A DNA stretch of 64,000 bases, taken from contig CM075979.1 of the NCBI GenBank assembly GCA_038087875.1, positions 7,812,001-7,876,000 of the forward strand, given 5' to 3'. The position numbers and the translations under genes are program-made. The DNA is from Malacoraja senta (lineage: Eukaryota). Positions 1 through 13,057 of the stretch are shown one piece after another; the stretch's first letter is position 1, and each line of letters starts with the position of its first letter. The notes under the pieces were generated by a model. The model ran no database searches. It saw nothing but the letters and a program-made list of their open reading frames with translations, and was not told the DNA's origin.

Positions 1-316
1 GTGCTTTGGGATTCAAACCTTGGTCATGGATGTGAAATAATATTTTGACTGTTCATGCTGTTATATCATTAGTAGCAGTGGGCATTCAATTTTACTTTTC
101 CAAGTTTCTTTTCTTTCCCATTTGAAAAGCACTGACCACATAAAAATGTTGTTGCAAGTGGTATGAAGTATTTTTTCCCAAATAACGCATATAATTCACA
201 AGTGATGCCATCATTGTCAGGTTTCAGATGTGATTTACCTCAGAATCAGGCTGTTAGATCTAGAATTTCCTCCAGTGGCTTACAGTCATCATCATTCAAA
301 GCCAACCTCAACTTTG

Positions 317-438
317 TAAAGGAAAGAACTGGAGATGCTGGTTTAAATCGAAGGTAGACACAAATACTCAGTGGGACAGGCAGCATCTCTGGAGAGAATG
401 AATGGGTGACGTTTGGGGTCCAGACCCTTCTTCAGACT
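317..438 (-). repeat. Short interspersed repeat with degenerate hammerhead-like motif (probably Penelope-related)
   Basis: Family block gcaggcagcatctctggagag...gggtgacgtttggggtccagacccttcttcagac, recurring more than 12 times in the window. Confidence 0.7.
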
Positions 439-2002
439 CTTTCTGGAGGACATGGATAGGTGATATTTATTTTCTGGAGGACATGGATAGGTGATTTGTA
501 TTTTCTGGAGGTCTCAACTTTGTAAAGATCATTTGAATTGTATCCTATAGATTGTAGTTCAGCGATGTATGCTGTATACCATTACTGCACTCATTTATCA
601 ACTGTGTAAAGATGAAATTGTAATAACTTATTTCATTTAAAATTTAAATTTCTTCTGCAAGAAAATGGTTTAGGGAATTGCAGATTTATAAAGTGGATCC
701 ATCTACATTTGCCTGATATTCTTCATTTGATTGTCCACGCTGACTTCTATTCCATTCTAATCCTGCTATCTGTGAGTAGTCTGATGAGCTTGGATCCAAG
801 CTGTGTATGTTGTGTTTTCATCTCCTGAAGCTAGGTTGAATGTGCCCAATTGACTTCACAAGGAGCAAATGGGGAAAGTCCGATCCTTGCACAGGGCTGA
901 ATTCCAATAGGGAAAATGTAGCAATCATTCATATTCAGTAGCTCAAAACATAATATTAATTCGTTCTAGAAATTCAAATATACCCTAAGCACAAATATAG
1001 GTGCAAAATCTTTTATGGGTGTCGACTAACATTTAATGAGAACGATAAGATAGAAATGAGTTTATCCCAAGAGGGAAATTGATCTGCCAACAGTCATAAA
1101 CCACAAGATACATGAAACATGAAATTAAAGTGTTGAGTGGAAAGGATTGGGGATGTGCAAAGATTGGGGGGTGGGGGGGGGGAGTCAGTCTACCCCACGA
1201 CAAAAGGGGGAGGAGTTGTACAGTTTGATCACCACAGGGAAAAAGGATCTGTGGTGTTTTGTACTACAACAAGATGCAGTACAGAATGCCACAATATGTT
1301 TATCTAAACATAACAGCACTTATGTTGTAAAGCTTATGTGTGCAAGCAAGCATTAGTTCATATGTTGTCTGCTCTAAAAATAGAGTTCTATTGATTACAG
1401 CTTTTTCAGCCATTTCAGGATTCACCCTCAGCTAACTGCCTTTGTATCATATCTGTCTGTTGCTTTTATAAAGAGCAGTGTAAGCTCGACAGTTAGTCTG
1501 CAGTTTCTCACATTTCACCATGTAAAAGTTGAAACTTTACTGAACAATCAACCTAAATGTTATTGTATGCATAATGGGGAGAGAACAAATTTGGGCATTT
1601 TTTATGAGCAAGCGATTTTTTTCCCCCTGCTCAGTAAGCAAATAATGGTATTGTGGATGTAGCTATATTGTACCATGTAATATCATTAAGCCTCAGTAAT
1701 GCTTCTTTGATAACTCACTTTATTATTTTGAGCAGAAACAAAGTATGGATGCAATTAATTTCACGCTGTAATGATTGATAGTAAGATTAAACGAGAACTT
1801 ACCAAGTTTGAAGTTTGATCTTTATTTTATGAGGAGTAACGTTGAGGGATTATGTGAAGAAGCCCCGTCCAGCCGCACACGCGTCAATCTTTCAAAGCAG
1901 CGGAGTGACAATCACAGATGATAATTACTGAAGTATGATGGTAAGATGCATAAAAACTTAGAACTACCAGCGTGATCCTTTTATGAGGGTGGGAGCGGAG
2001 GG

Positions 2003-2116
2003 CACGTAATCCCTCAACGTTACTCCACATAAAATAAAGATCAAACTTCAAACTTGGTAAGTTCTCGTTTAATCTTACTATTTTACTTCGGAGTCACGTG
2101 AGTGACTACGTGAAGA
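2003..2116. repeat. DIRS internal complementary region (ICR)
   Basis: cacgtaatccctcaacgttactcc...taatcttacta is complementary to ~1779-1856; ttttacttcggagtcacgtgagtgactacgtgaaga is complementary to ~7454-7488. Confidence 0.93.
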
Positions 2117-2280
2117 TTTCAAAGCTCTGTGATTTCACACTGTGGATTCAAATCCAGGCGTTCACTGCATCGATTGACTCTATTTGAGTAAGCACAATCA
2201 ACAATGCATAACCACGACATTTGAATGTAATCAGTTAATGGTTTTATTTATTTTAATAAAAGTAACAAAATTAGGCCCAT

Positions 2281-3273
2281 TTATTGTAATGGGGGATTTA
2301 ATACTGTATCCAGCACGGCATCACCAAACCCTCTGAGATCTTTAATCTCCTTATGGTAATACTTGTGAAACATCTGTTCACTTGCCCATCCTGCGGCCGC
2401 GAGAATAAGGTCTATTGTCTGAATCCCTGGCCGCTGATGTTGATGCCGCCCTGGTGGAATGAGATTTAAATTTATCAGTATCAATACCTGAATATCTCAA
2501 CACCTGTTTCAACCATCGTGAAATTGTTTGTGTTGACACTTTCTTATGAGGCTTTTTATGACTAATAAAAAATGCCAATTCGGTGCCTCTTAAAACTTTT
2601 GTTGTTTCTATGTAACATTTCACATATGTTACTACACACAGTCGTGGATCTGTAGAATATGCTAAAAATTTCAACTTGCATCCTGTGAACCTAGGTCTAC
2701 TTTGCTTCAGTAAATCATAGACATAGAATGTCACAGCATTTGGCCCTACTTTCATTCTATCAATTCTGAGTTTCTGTAATGTTTGAACTCTCTGAGCTGA
2801 AACTAATGCCATGAGCATAACCAATTTCATGGTGATTTTGGATAATGACAGAGTTTCAACTGGATTCCAATTCCTTAGCAACATCAGTATATCTTTTACA
2901 TTCCAAATTTCTGTATACCTAGGTCTGGAGGATTAGAGTTGAAAATTCCTTTCATAAACCTACAGACCCAAGGATGTGCTCCTATTGGAGTTTGTTCTGA
3001 TTCACTGCTTAAATATGCAGAGAGTGCACTACGTGCAGTATTAATTGCACTATAATTTAATTTTAATTCATAGTATAGAGTAGAAAGGAACTCTATTACA
3101 TCTGAAATTTCTGCTGTGTTATATGCAATATGTTTCCCTGAACAAAACTCCTCCCATTTCTTTATATAGGAGATGTACTGCTTCTGGGTACTATTCCTCC
3201 AGGCTGTTGTTATAACATCCACCGTACGGTCTGATAATCCTTTTCCAAGATATGGCCTTCTCAGAATCTGCAA
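2281..3273 (-). pseudogene. DIRS tyrosine recombinase, frameshifted
   Basis: ORF pieces 2896-3273, 2378-2884, 2281-2484 with SAINTARSALS, LVSAQRVQ, HSTRAASTS, AAGW...FHKYY (R-HxxR-W-Y catalytic set). Confidence 0.9.
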
Positions 3274-3382
3274 ATCAACAAACCAATATGATCATGTAAA
3301 GGATGTGGTTCATCAGTCACAGGGTGTACAAGCAGTTTAATCTGCTTTGGAATAACCATAAGGGTTTTTTTTTAAATTTAAT

Positions 3383-5700
3383 TTAATTTATTTTTTTAAC
3401 ACCAGGCCAATCTGGTACTACCAAAATCCCTGAGGCTGAATCTTGTTTAATTTTCTGTATGCATCTGTGGATTAAACAAAATGGCGGAAACGCATACAGA
3501 AACATACCACCCCAATGTAGCGAGAAAGCATCCACCGCTACTGCTCCAGGATCAGGTTCCCATGACACATACTTAGGCAAACTGGTGGTTCAATCTTGAT
3601 GCAAACAGATCAATTTCTGGCATTACAAATTGTGTGATAATTTGTGTGAATATTTTCCGATTTAACATCCATTCTGTATTATCATTAAATTTACGTGATC
3701 TTTTGTCTGTAATTGTATTAAATTTACCTGGTAAATATATTGCTGACAGCCAAATTTTCCTGGCAATACACCAGGTCCAAATTTCATTCGCTAATTTAGC
3801 ACATGATTCTGATTTTATACCACCCATGTGATTTATGTATGCTACAGCTGTAGTATTGTCAACCTGTACCAGAACATGCACATTTCCCATATCAGTGCAA
3901 TAAGCTCTAAGGCCGTAAAATGCGCCTAATAGCTCTAGGTAATTGATTCCCAGATTTTCCAGCAAAGGTACTTCATTCACATTCCACCTACCTCCACAGC
4001 TGGAAATCATGTTAGTAGCGCCGCAACCCAGCGCACTTACATCAGTCTGTAGAGTGACGGAAGATGTTTCTACCAGAACTTTTCTGGAAGCATTAGAAAC
4101 ATTGTTAATCCACCATTCTATTTCTGTAATGGATTAAATTGTTAATTTCATGGGCCTGTCAAAATGCCCTCTATTCATTTTTAACGCTTGTACCTTAGCT
4201 CTCTGTAAACATTGATAATGCAATGGTCCAAACGTGACCGCTGGAAACCCTGCAATTAATTTGCCTAGCAAGCTTGCCACTTCTCTAATTGAAGGTGTGT
4301 CCTCGTTAATGAGTTTTATGCAACCTTCAATTAACTGCAGCTTTTATCTTTTGGCAAAGTGATTACCATGTGTTCGGAATTAATTGTGAACCCTAGGTAA
4401 TCAATCTTTTTGCTTGGTAACAATTTAGATTTTTGTAGGTGAATAATGAAACCTAATTTCTCAAAATTGTATTTGACTCTGGATACTGACAATTTTGCAG
4501 CAGCCAAAGTGTCCCCTACAATGAGGATATCCTCTAAATAAGCCATTAATACATGGCCCTCAGCTCTTAACAGAACTAAAATTGGTTTGAGCAATTTAAA
4601 GGCCTGTCTCACGAGTCTGCGGTCTATGGCGGCGAAACGGGAGGAATCTGCCGCCATAGACCGTGCACTCGTGAGAAAGTACAATTCCCGGGCCGTGCGG
4701 CGGTGTTCCCAACACCGCGCGGTGATAAAAAAAAACGACAATGTCCAAAACTAAATACTCACCGCACAACCTCCACCAGTGATGCACGAGTGCGCACGGC
4801 CGCTCGCACGGGCCGCCGCCAGTGTGGGTCGAGCGCCGTGCGTCAAACCTCCTCTGCCACAGCCTCCGCCAGTGACGCACGTGCCGCTGCCAGTGAGGCA
4901 AGTGTGCTGCGCGGCCGCAGTCACAGCCACCGCTACAGCGCCGCGATCAGGATGGCCGCCGCCACAGCCGCCGCGGGTGAGTCACGTGCGGCGGGCCGAC
5001 GTCATCGCAGTCGGCCCGCCCTTTTTTTACTTACCGCAAGCACGTGGGACCCGCCGTGTTTGAATTAACTCGGCCCCCGCGCAACATCCGTGCGGCGCTC
5101 CGGTGGATAGGCTCGACGCTCTCGCCGTTGCCGCGCGGTCCTCGCTACCGGCGACGCCGCGCTTCACCGCCGATGACCGCAAACAGGTAAGACAGAACCT
5201 TTAGTGAATAATCTTGGTGCTGAAATCAGACCATTGGGCAATGCTTTAAATTGCCATAACTGACATCCATCTAAATTTCAAATATCTTTGATCATTACCA
5301 TGTATTGCCACGGAATAATATGCATCTTGCAGATCTATGCTTGCCATGTAGCAATTTTCTGTGATTAGCTGAATTGCATTAGTAAATGTTTCCATTTTGA
5401 AATGTTTGTATTGTACATAAAGGTTAAGATTTGTCAGATCCAATATGATTCTACATCCACCATCCTTTTTTGTTCTTGGAAAAATATTTGATACAAACTG
5501 ATGGTGTTGTTCTACTGACTTCTCTATTACCCCCTTTTTGGTTAAAGTTTCTAATTCTCCTTTGATCAACTTATTCTCTTCTTTTGAGAGAATTCGTGAC
5601 CAGTTTGAATTTCCTTGCCTTGGAGGATCCAAATGTGGATAGAAACTCAATTTTGAATCCTACAATGCTATTTAGAATAAATGAATCATTTCTTTTAGGA
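3383..5700 (-). pseudogene. DIRS pol: reverse transcriptase, RNase H and DNA N6-adenine methyltransferase-like domain; disrupted
   Basis: KKDGGCRIILDL, IDLQDAYY, AYLEDILI (YxDD changed to YLED), INYLELLG...VDNTTAVAYINHMGG, IDLFASRLN...DAFSLHW...YAFPPF. Split by frameshifts and a MITE at 4599-5200. Confidence 0.9.
4599..5200. mobile_element. GC-rich PIF/Harbinger-type MITE inserted in the DIRS RT
   Basis: TTA duplicated at 4596-4598 and 5201-5203; imperfect 14-bp TIRs aaggcctgtctcac / gtaagacagaacct; removing it restores RT sequence APRLFTKLLKP. Confidence 0.88.
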
Positions 5701-5759
5701 AGAATCGTAACCTTCCCCCTACTTGTGAATGTGAAACATTTATTGTATTCCTTACCAGA

Positions 5760-7282
5760 CCAGGACCCCCTACCTCGGGGTTTGCCACCGGCAATTGTCC
5801 GCTTCTGGTAGGCACATTGTAACCTCCACGTATCCCCGGTGCAGCACGCCAACGTGTATACGAGAATGATCGGCTTGTTCCTTCTCCAGCACCAGTATTC
5901 CGCCTGTAGGGATACTGCCTTCGCACCGCTCTGCTCATCATCAGTGGTTTCATCATCATGCCACTCAAGGTTCTTGACTCTTCATTCAAGTCCTTTTAGC
6001 TTCTTTGCTAGATTTTCTCCAAACAGCAGCTAAGGCATTTGTATGTTGGTTGGTTTGCAGAGCCCTGCATACTTAGGATGAATATTTGGTTTTATTGCAT
6101 TTTTATGAATATAATTTATTTCAAAATGTGCACCACACATCAGTGCTAGAGCATCTTGTTGTGAATCTGATACATAATCATCATCCAAACCTCTGGCAAA
6201 TGCCGTGATGCCTGACCCCAGCAATTTCAATACACGTTGCAATTTCAATTCTTGTGAGTGTAAACCAATGCTCAAATAACCCCAAATCAAGTTATTTACT
6301 GCTGGAACAGTCAGCAATTCACAATTTGCTGGGCCTCGTACTGTTTCATAGTCTCAACCATAGTTACTTCCTGGAGCTGATGGGAGAGTAGATAGTTTAT
6401 AGTCATTGCTATTTCCTCCCTCAAAGGTTCCCCCTTTATTCTAGGAACAGCAAACCTTTGTGCTAGTCCAGGAACTTTCAGCTCTGATAATGGGCTCTCA
6501 TCCTCATAGAATTCATCTTCTGAATGTAGATGTTCCTATTCAGGTTTGGTAAATTCTGGCTCCCCTGTTTCAGGTAAGTCTATGCCAGATTCCCCCTGTG
6601 CGGGCTCTCTTATAGGCCCATGGATAGGCAGCCCTGTTTCAGGTGCTGCTGGCGCTGGCTCAACTCTAGGCCAACGCTTCATAATTTTCCCTTTAGGAAC
6701 TTTCGGTGCTGGCACATAAGTACGTTTGTACTGTCTTTTTTGAGACATTTCTGGTACTGGCTCTTCAGTAGGCCAGCACATATACTGCCTTTTTTCAGGC
6801 ATTTCTGGCACTGGCTCTCCTGTAGGCCAACCACTGTAATACCTTTGCACAGTCATTTCTGATGGCTCTCCTGTAGGCCACCCTTGTGCCTGTCCCAACC
6901 AAGGCACACCCTGTGCTGTATCCTCCATTGGCCAACACCGACCTGATTCCTCCTGTGGGGGTTCTTTGTAAATCCCCATCAAGAGCTCTAAACTGGCGAC
7001 CCTTGCAGCCATAACATTTTCTGCTGCAGGAGGGTATACCTCCGGGTCTGACTCTTCCGAGTCTACAGGTCGGGCCGACTTTTGTCCAGCCTTGCGCCCC
7101 GCCGCCGGCGGTTTAACGGCACATTCGACCGTAACGGGAGTTGATGGCTTCGATGCCACTGCCTCCTCTTCCTGACGCCCGCTACACTTAGCATCGGGGG
7201 TTTTACCTGCGGTGCGTCCCTGGCCTCTCCTTCCCCTACGCTCTTCTCCATTCTGAGTTTGTGTGGACCTCTGCCAACACAT
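5760..7282 (-). pseudogene. DIRS ORF1 (gag-like), frameshifted
   Basis: ORF pieces 6536-7282, 6030-6317 (QQDALALMCGAHFEIN...IKPNIHPKYAGLC) and 5672-5989, lying upstream of pol inside the ITRs. Confidence 0.75.
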
Positions 7283-8199
7283 CTGAGCGGGAAGAAAAGC
7301 ACCCTGTAAGTAAAAACGAAACCACTTACCTTGTCCGATTTTTACTTTAAATTTGCTTTAGTCACCGCTGGAGGAGCTCCTGCTCCTCCACACACGGTCA
7401 TGAACGCTATGCGATCTGATCGATAATGACGCGTGTGCGGCTGGACGGGGCTTCTTCACGTAGTCACTCACGTGACTCCGAAGTAAAATTATATTTGAAT
7501 GAGATTTAAAATCTTCCAAAAAACACAAATTTTCTTCAGTTGTTTATAGGATACCAAACCCTTGAAACGCTAATGTAATAAATAACCATCCTCATTTTTG
7601 ACATTGTATCCAACGTGTAATGCTTTTCAAAGATTTATGCTCATTAATTTAATAGGATTTGCTTTGACAGTGTCACTTCTGGTGCTTCACTGCATTGGAC
7701 ATTGCAAAGTCCATACTTCATGGTCACGTACTTCATGTATTCACATTTCTTGGCATTCTGCAAATTGAAATGTTGTGTACCATTCACATGCTGTGCACAT
7801 ATTGCAAAAATATTTCCAAACTTTTATTGATCCAGCAATCACAGATTTTTGGCGGGATGGATTTGAGCTCTGCAAAGCTTGTTAAAAGTTTTTCACAAGA
7901 AACACTTCAATCAAGTGAAATTATGCTGAATATCCAATCAAAAATCCATTGGTTGAAACAGACTCATTTAAAGGGGTGACAGAAGAGTCACTTAAAATTT
8001 ACCTGGGAGATCTATAATTTATTTTCTCTTTCTCCTTTCTCAGAATGTCTTTAGCCATTTGTAATAGCAACACCCTAAGGTGGTTACTCAAATATTTCAC
8101 CACTGTAATACAACACATACATAATTTATATGTTCAACGTTTCAAATAGAAAAAGATTCTCAAATATCTCTCCACCTGCACAGTTCCCAGAACGAATCA

Positions 8200-8830
8200 C
8201 AATACTGTAAGTGTGGCCTCACCTTATACAACTGCATCATGACCTCCCAACTTCTATACTAAATGCTCTGGCTGATGAAGGCCAATGTGCCAAAAGCTTT
8301 TTTGACCAATAAATCTACGTGCAACTCCACCTTCAGGGAGCTATGCACCTGCACTCCTAGATCCCTCTGCTCGACAGCAGTGCTTCTTAAACTGGTGATT
8401 GGTTCACCCAAGGGTGAATGAAATTATTTTGGGGTGAATGGGTTCATTTATGTTTTTTGCTCACATGTCAATATAAATTATATCTAAAATTATACACAAG
8501 AGAGAATAAGACGAAAATTACCAAAAAACATAAGAAAATTTAGTCGAGGATGAATTAAAGTTTGTGATAAAGACTCAAGGGTGAATGACACTGAAATAGT
8601 TTAAGAAGCACTGCTCTACAGCACTACCCAGAGCCCGACCATTCACTGTGTAGGTCCTGCCCATGTTAGACTTCCCAAAATGCAACACCTCACATTTTTC
8701 TGCATTAAATTCCATCAACCATTCCTTAGCCCACTTGGCTAATTGATCAAGATCCTGCTGCAATTTTTCACAACCTTCTTCACTATCTGCAAAGTCATCT
8801 ACATTTGTATCATCTGCAAACTTGCTAACG
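8200..8830 (-). mobile_element. CR1-type LINE fragment (RT C-terminal part)
   Basis: ORF 8575-8763 QQDLDQLAKWAKEWLMEFNAEKCEVLHFGKSN. Confidence 0.85.
8378..8613. mobile_element. hAT-type MITE (236 bp) nested in CR1
   Basis: 16-bp TIR cagtgcttcttaaact / agtttaagaagcactg; 8-bp TSD ctcgacag (8370-8377) / ctctacag (8614-8621). Confidence 0.9.
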
Positions 8831-8844
8831 TTGCTGTGTCTTAT

Positions 8845-9110
8845 TCTCTGTCTCTGTCACTGTCTCTCTTTCTCTGCCTCTCTTTCTCTGCCTCTCTTTC
8901 TCTGCCTCTCTTTCTCTGCCTCTCTTTATCTGCCTCTCTTTATCTGCCTCTCCCTCTCTGCCTCTCCCTCTCTACCTCTCCCTCACTGCCCCTCCCTCTC
9001 TCCCTCACCCCCTCTCCCTCACCCCCTCTCCTCTCCTCTCCCTCTCCCCCTCTTTCCCTCTATCCCTCTCCCCTACACCCCCACTCTCCCTCTCCCCCTC
9101 TCTCCCTCTC
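8845..9110. repeat. CT-rich low-complexity polypyrimidine tract
   Basis: Degenerate (tctctgcctctctt)n grading into a C/T-only run. Confidence 0.9.
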
Positions 9111-9224
9111 GCTTATCAAAAGCTGTTTCTTTTAAATTCTGTCCAATCTTCAACCCTGTCACTATTCTTTGTGCAATTATAGACTTTTAATTTAGGCTTC
9201 AAACCCGAGTCCAGTTCAGGTAAG

Positions 9225-10095
9225 TTTCAGGGCTGGTTGGTTCAGCAGCCTGATTATCTGGGGGGAAAAGCTGTTTGAGTGTCTGGTGGTACGGGAGTTG
9301 ATGCTCCGGTACCTTCTGCTGAGGGCAGCAGGCAGAATAGACCGTGGTCTGGGGTGGCTGAGGTCTTTGATGATCCTCAGGACTTTTCCTGGAGTAGATG
9401 TTCTGGGAGGAGGGCAGCTCGCACCCAGTGATGTGCTAGGCCGTCCGCACCATTCTCTGCAGGGCCCTTCGGCCGTGGCTGGTGCAGCTGTCGTGCCAGG
9501 TGGAGATACAGCCTGTGGTGATCAGACCCACGACTGGTAGTGTCGTCCGCGAACATGACGATGGTGTTGGTGTTGTGTTGGGCCACACAGTCGTGGGTGT
9601 ACAGGGAGTACAGGAGGGGGCTGAGGACACACCCCTGAGGTGCGCCGATGGTGAGGGTGAGGGCTGTGGAGGTGGGGTCGACCCATCAGGAAATCCAGGA
9701 GCACAGGCCTGGGTTCAACCCCAGGTGCAGGAGCTTGCCGACAAGCCTAGAGGGCATAATTGTGTTGAGTGCTGAACTGTAGTCTATGAACAGCATCCTA
9801 ACATAAGTGTCCCTCTGGTCCAGGTGGGTGAGGGTAGTGTGAAGGGTGGGGCAATGGCGTCGTCTGTTGATCTGTTGGGGCGGTAGGCAAATTGGAAGGG
9901 GTCCAGGTTGTTGGGTAGTGAGGAGCAGACTATGTCCTTGACTAGCTTCTCAAAGCATTTGCTGATGATGGGTGTCAATGCTATGGGTCGGCAGTCATCG
10001 AGGGTGGTGGGTTTGTTGTGTTTGGGTATGGGGATGATGGTGGAGGTTTTCAGACAGGTGGGGACGGATCTTAGGGAAAGCAAGAGGTTTCCTCC
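9225..10095 (-). mobile_element. Rex1/Babar-type LINE fragment with internal deletions
   Basis: VPTCLKTSTIIPIPK...[15 protein letters not shown]...[18 protein letters not shown] and IVMFADDTT. Confidence 0.85.
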
Positions 10096-11227
10096 CCTCC
10101 CTTTCTGAATCCCCATCACCAGTTTAAGGGATATGGTAATAAATACAAGCTTACAGACTCCCACCACTATCCTGACTATTTCTTCCCATCTAAACTTCTT
10201 TAAGGATTCCATTCTCTTTTCTTTCAGAACTGGACTCATTTACTGTAAGTAGACCAAGGTACTGGCCTATTCTTAAATACTAACCTGTACGGCATTTCCT
10301 TCAACCCCGTATTTCACAACTGTTAAGAGGTATTCTCTTTGTCCTATTCAACATTACCTTCCCACCCCCCACTTCACCCCACTTTCTCTGCAGCATAAAA
10401 GTAATTTAATTTATCTATTTTCCAGTTTTGACAAAGGATCTTTGACTTGAATTGTTAATTCTGTTCCTCATCCCACAAATGCTGTCTGATCTGTTGAAAG
10501 TTTCCAGCCTTCTGCATTTAGTTCAGATTTCCTGCATCTACAGTTTAGTGTCATGGAATCAAACAGCACGGAAATGATCCCCTTTGACACAACTCGTCTG
10601 TGTGGACCAAGATGTCCCATCTAAGCTTGTCCTATTTGCCTTTGTTTGTCCAATATCCTTCCAAATCTTTCCTCTCCATTATAAACCTCTCCTATCTAGT
10701 ATATTGATTTGCATTTACAGTTGTCATCTCTATATTTTGTAGTGCTAGTAATATGTTTGTGGCTGCAGGAGTCAGTACTTTGGAAGCTATCCTAAGAAAT
10801 CATATGTATAAATTCATTTGCAGGATAAATGACTCTTAAAAATGTAATTATCGTGGCCTTGTCAAACATAAGGTTTTGCACTACATGCTACAAATCCCAG
10901 TTGTGGAGACACTGTTATCGCTGTCTCGTTGTAGGACACTGATCTTTCTTTTTTCATTCTGGATTTTAAATCATGTATTGTGTGTTTTTTAAAATATATA
11001 ATTTATGATGCTTTTACAAGTGTTATACTAAGATTTTATATGTATTTTATGATGTTTTTATATGCAATGTATTTTTATGTAATGTTGTCCCTTGTCTGGA
11101 CCTTGAGTCCGAAATAAAGTTTATTATTATTATTATTTTTTAAATTTTATCCATCTAGTAATAAATTCTGTTAATTTACTTGCTGACCGGTGTTGTGAAT
11201 TTTTAGTAGTTAAGAGTTTTTGTACTT

Positions 11228-13057
11228 GATATAGAATAAACTGGAACAAAAGTGAAATCATGACGTTAAAACCTCAAGAATCCACACACTTATTGAAATT
11301 CCCCTTTAAAATAGCAACAGAAAAATTCAAATATTTGGGTATTCAGATTACTAGAAAACATAAAGCTTTATTCAATGCCAATTTTATACCCTTAATAAAT
11401 AAACTTAATATAATGATAAAATTTTGGAAAACACTCCCTTTATCATTAATAGGCAGAATAAATGCTATTAAAATGAGCTTCCTACCACAGTTATTATACC
11501 TATTTCAATCTATACCAGTATATGTACCAAAATATTTTTTTTCTAAACTGAACGCTAATATTACTAATTTTGTTTGGGATTATAAATCACATAGAATTAA
11601 AAAAGAACACTTATGTAAACCAAAAGATGTCGGGGGACTTTCACTCCCTAATTTTTTGTATTACTATTAGGCAATACATATTAAGAATATAAGTTACTGG
11701 TTGGATAGTTCAACTCAACAGACAGAATGGATAAAAATGGAGAAAGAGGATTGTTATCCTTGTAATATAGGAACAATCCTCTTCTCCCCGAAAAAAATGA
11801 ACAATACAATATATAAGAAAAACCCAATTATACAAGATACAATAAGAATATGGAAACAAATAAAATTATCCTTAAAATTAAGAAACCTATCATTGTTAAC
11901 ACCGATAGCGAATAATCCTTTATTTAAACCATCTATGATGGATAAAATATATAATCAATGGGAAAGTTTAGGAATTAAAAGGATCGGGGACATGTATGAA
12001 ATGGGAGATTTATTATCATTTCAACAATTACAATTAAAATTTAAACTGAAAAACACTCATTATTTTAAATATTTTCAGATTTGTAATTTTTTGAAGACAT
12101 ACAGGGATATCAAAAAATAACTTCTGATTTACTAGAAGAAGTAATGAATATAAAAGCTGATACACAAAAATTAATATCATATTTATATAATTGTATCTTA
12201 ATTGATAAAAATTACGAAGGCTACATGGGAAAAGTATTTGACATACATTCACAAGTGTTCGATTAACACAAGACATAACCTAATCCAATTTAAAATTTTA
12301 CATAGATTATATTACTCAAAAACAAGATTAAATAAATTGTATCCAAATATATCGCCCATTTGCGATAAATGTTTAACCCAAGACGCAACTAAAACACACT
12401 CTTTTGTTTCTTGTATAAAACTTCATGGATTTTGGAGTGATATTTTCGAAATATTTACAAAACTATTTAAGACAAAAATAGAACCCAATAATGAATTGAT
12501 TATATTTGGGGTAATGGAAGACGGGAACAAATTGAGCTCATCTCAAAAGTCAATTTTTAATTATGGTTTAATAATAGCAAAAAAATTAATATTGAAATTT
12601 TGGAAAAATACACCAATACCAACGCTCAAAATGTGGATTGCAAGTATGTTGGATACCGCACATCTTGAGGAAATGCGATTCCTCCTAATAGATAAATTTG
12701 ACCAATTCATAACGAGTCGGTCTCCATTTGTCGTCTTTTTGGAAACATATGGTGCAAAACAGGTGTAAAAGCTAATCCGTGACTGCGGATGGTCAAGATT
12801 ATAAATGATCTCCTATTTTCTTTTCTTCTCTTCTCTTCTTTTATTCTCTTTCTTCTATTTTCTATGTCTCAACTTTCTTTTTTCATTCTTTATTTTTCTT
12901 TTTCACACACTATATATCTCACATTTTTCTATTTTTCATTATCTAACTTTTTTATTTTTCTTTATTTCAAAATTTTTTTTAAATAAGAAGCTGTACATAA
13001 AAGGTATTATGAAAATATGATTGTATACAATTGTACTTACTTCTAATAAAATAAAAA
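11228..13057 (+). mobile_element. L1-clade LINE, 5'-truncated (ORF2 C-terminal half plus 3' UTR)
   Basis: FKYLGIQIT, LPLSLIGRINAIKM..LPQLLYLFQ, GGLSLPNF, QFKILHRLY...CDKC...H...C cysteine-rich end; T-rich 3' UTR ending in AATAAA and an A-rich tail; in-frame stops. Confidence 0.9.

Larger units (their letters stand above)
1779..7488 (-). mobile_element. DIRS1-type tyrosine-recombinase retrotransposon, structurally complete, coding-decayed
   Basis: 33-bp perfect inverted repeat at 1854-1886 and 7427-7459. Internal complementary region 2003-2116 = reverse complement of the left terminus joined to reverse complement of the right terminus. gag, RT/RNase H/MT and YR ORF remnants in canonical order on the minus strand. 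Confidence 0.95.

Noticed and set aside
440-510. ~31-bp direct repeats, CRISPR-like at a glance
   Set aside because: Adjacent tandem duplication of a repeat fragment with no unique spacers; eukaryotic context.
4596-5068. Overlapping Ala/Arg-rich ORFs on both strands
   Set aside because: Artefact of the GC-rich MITE; no recognisable domain.
8743-9190. Leu/Ser/Pro-rich ORFs (also 57518-58089 and 62555-62844)
   Set aside because: Translations of simple repeats.
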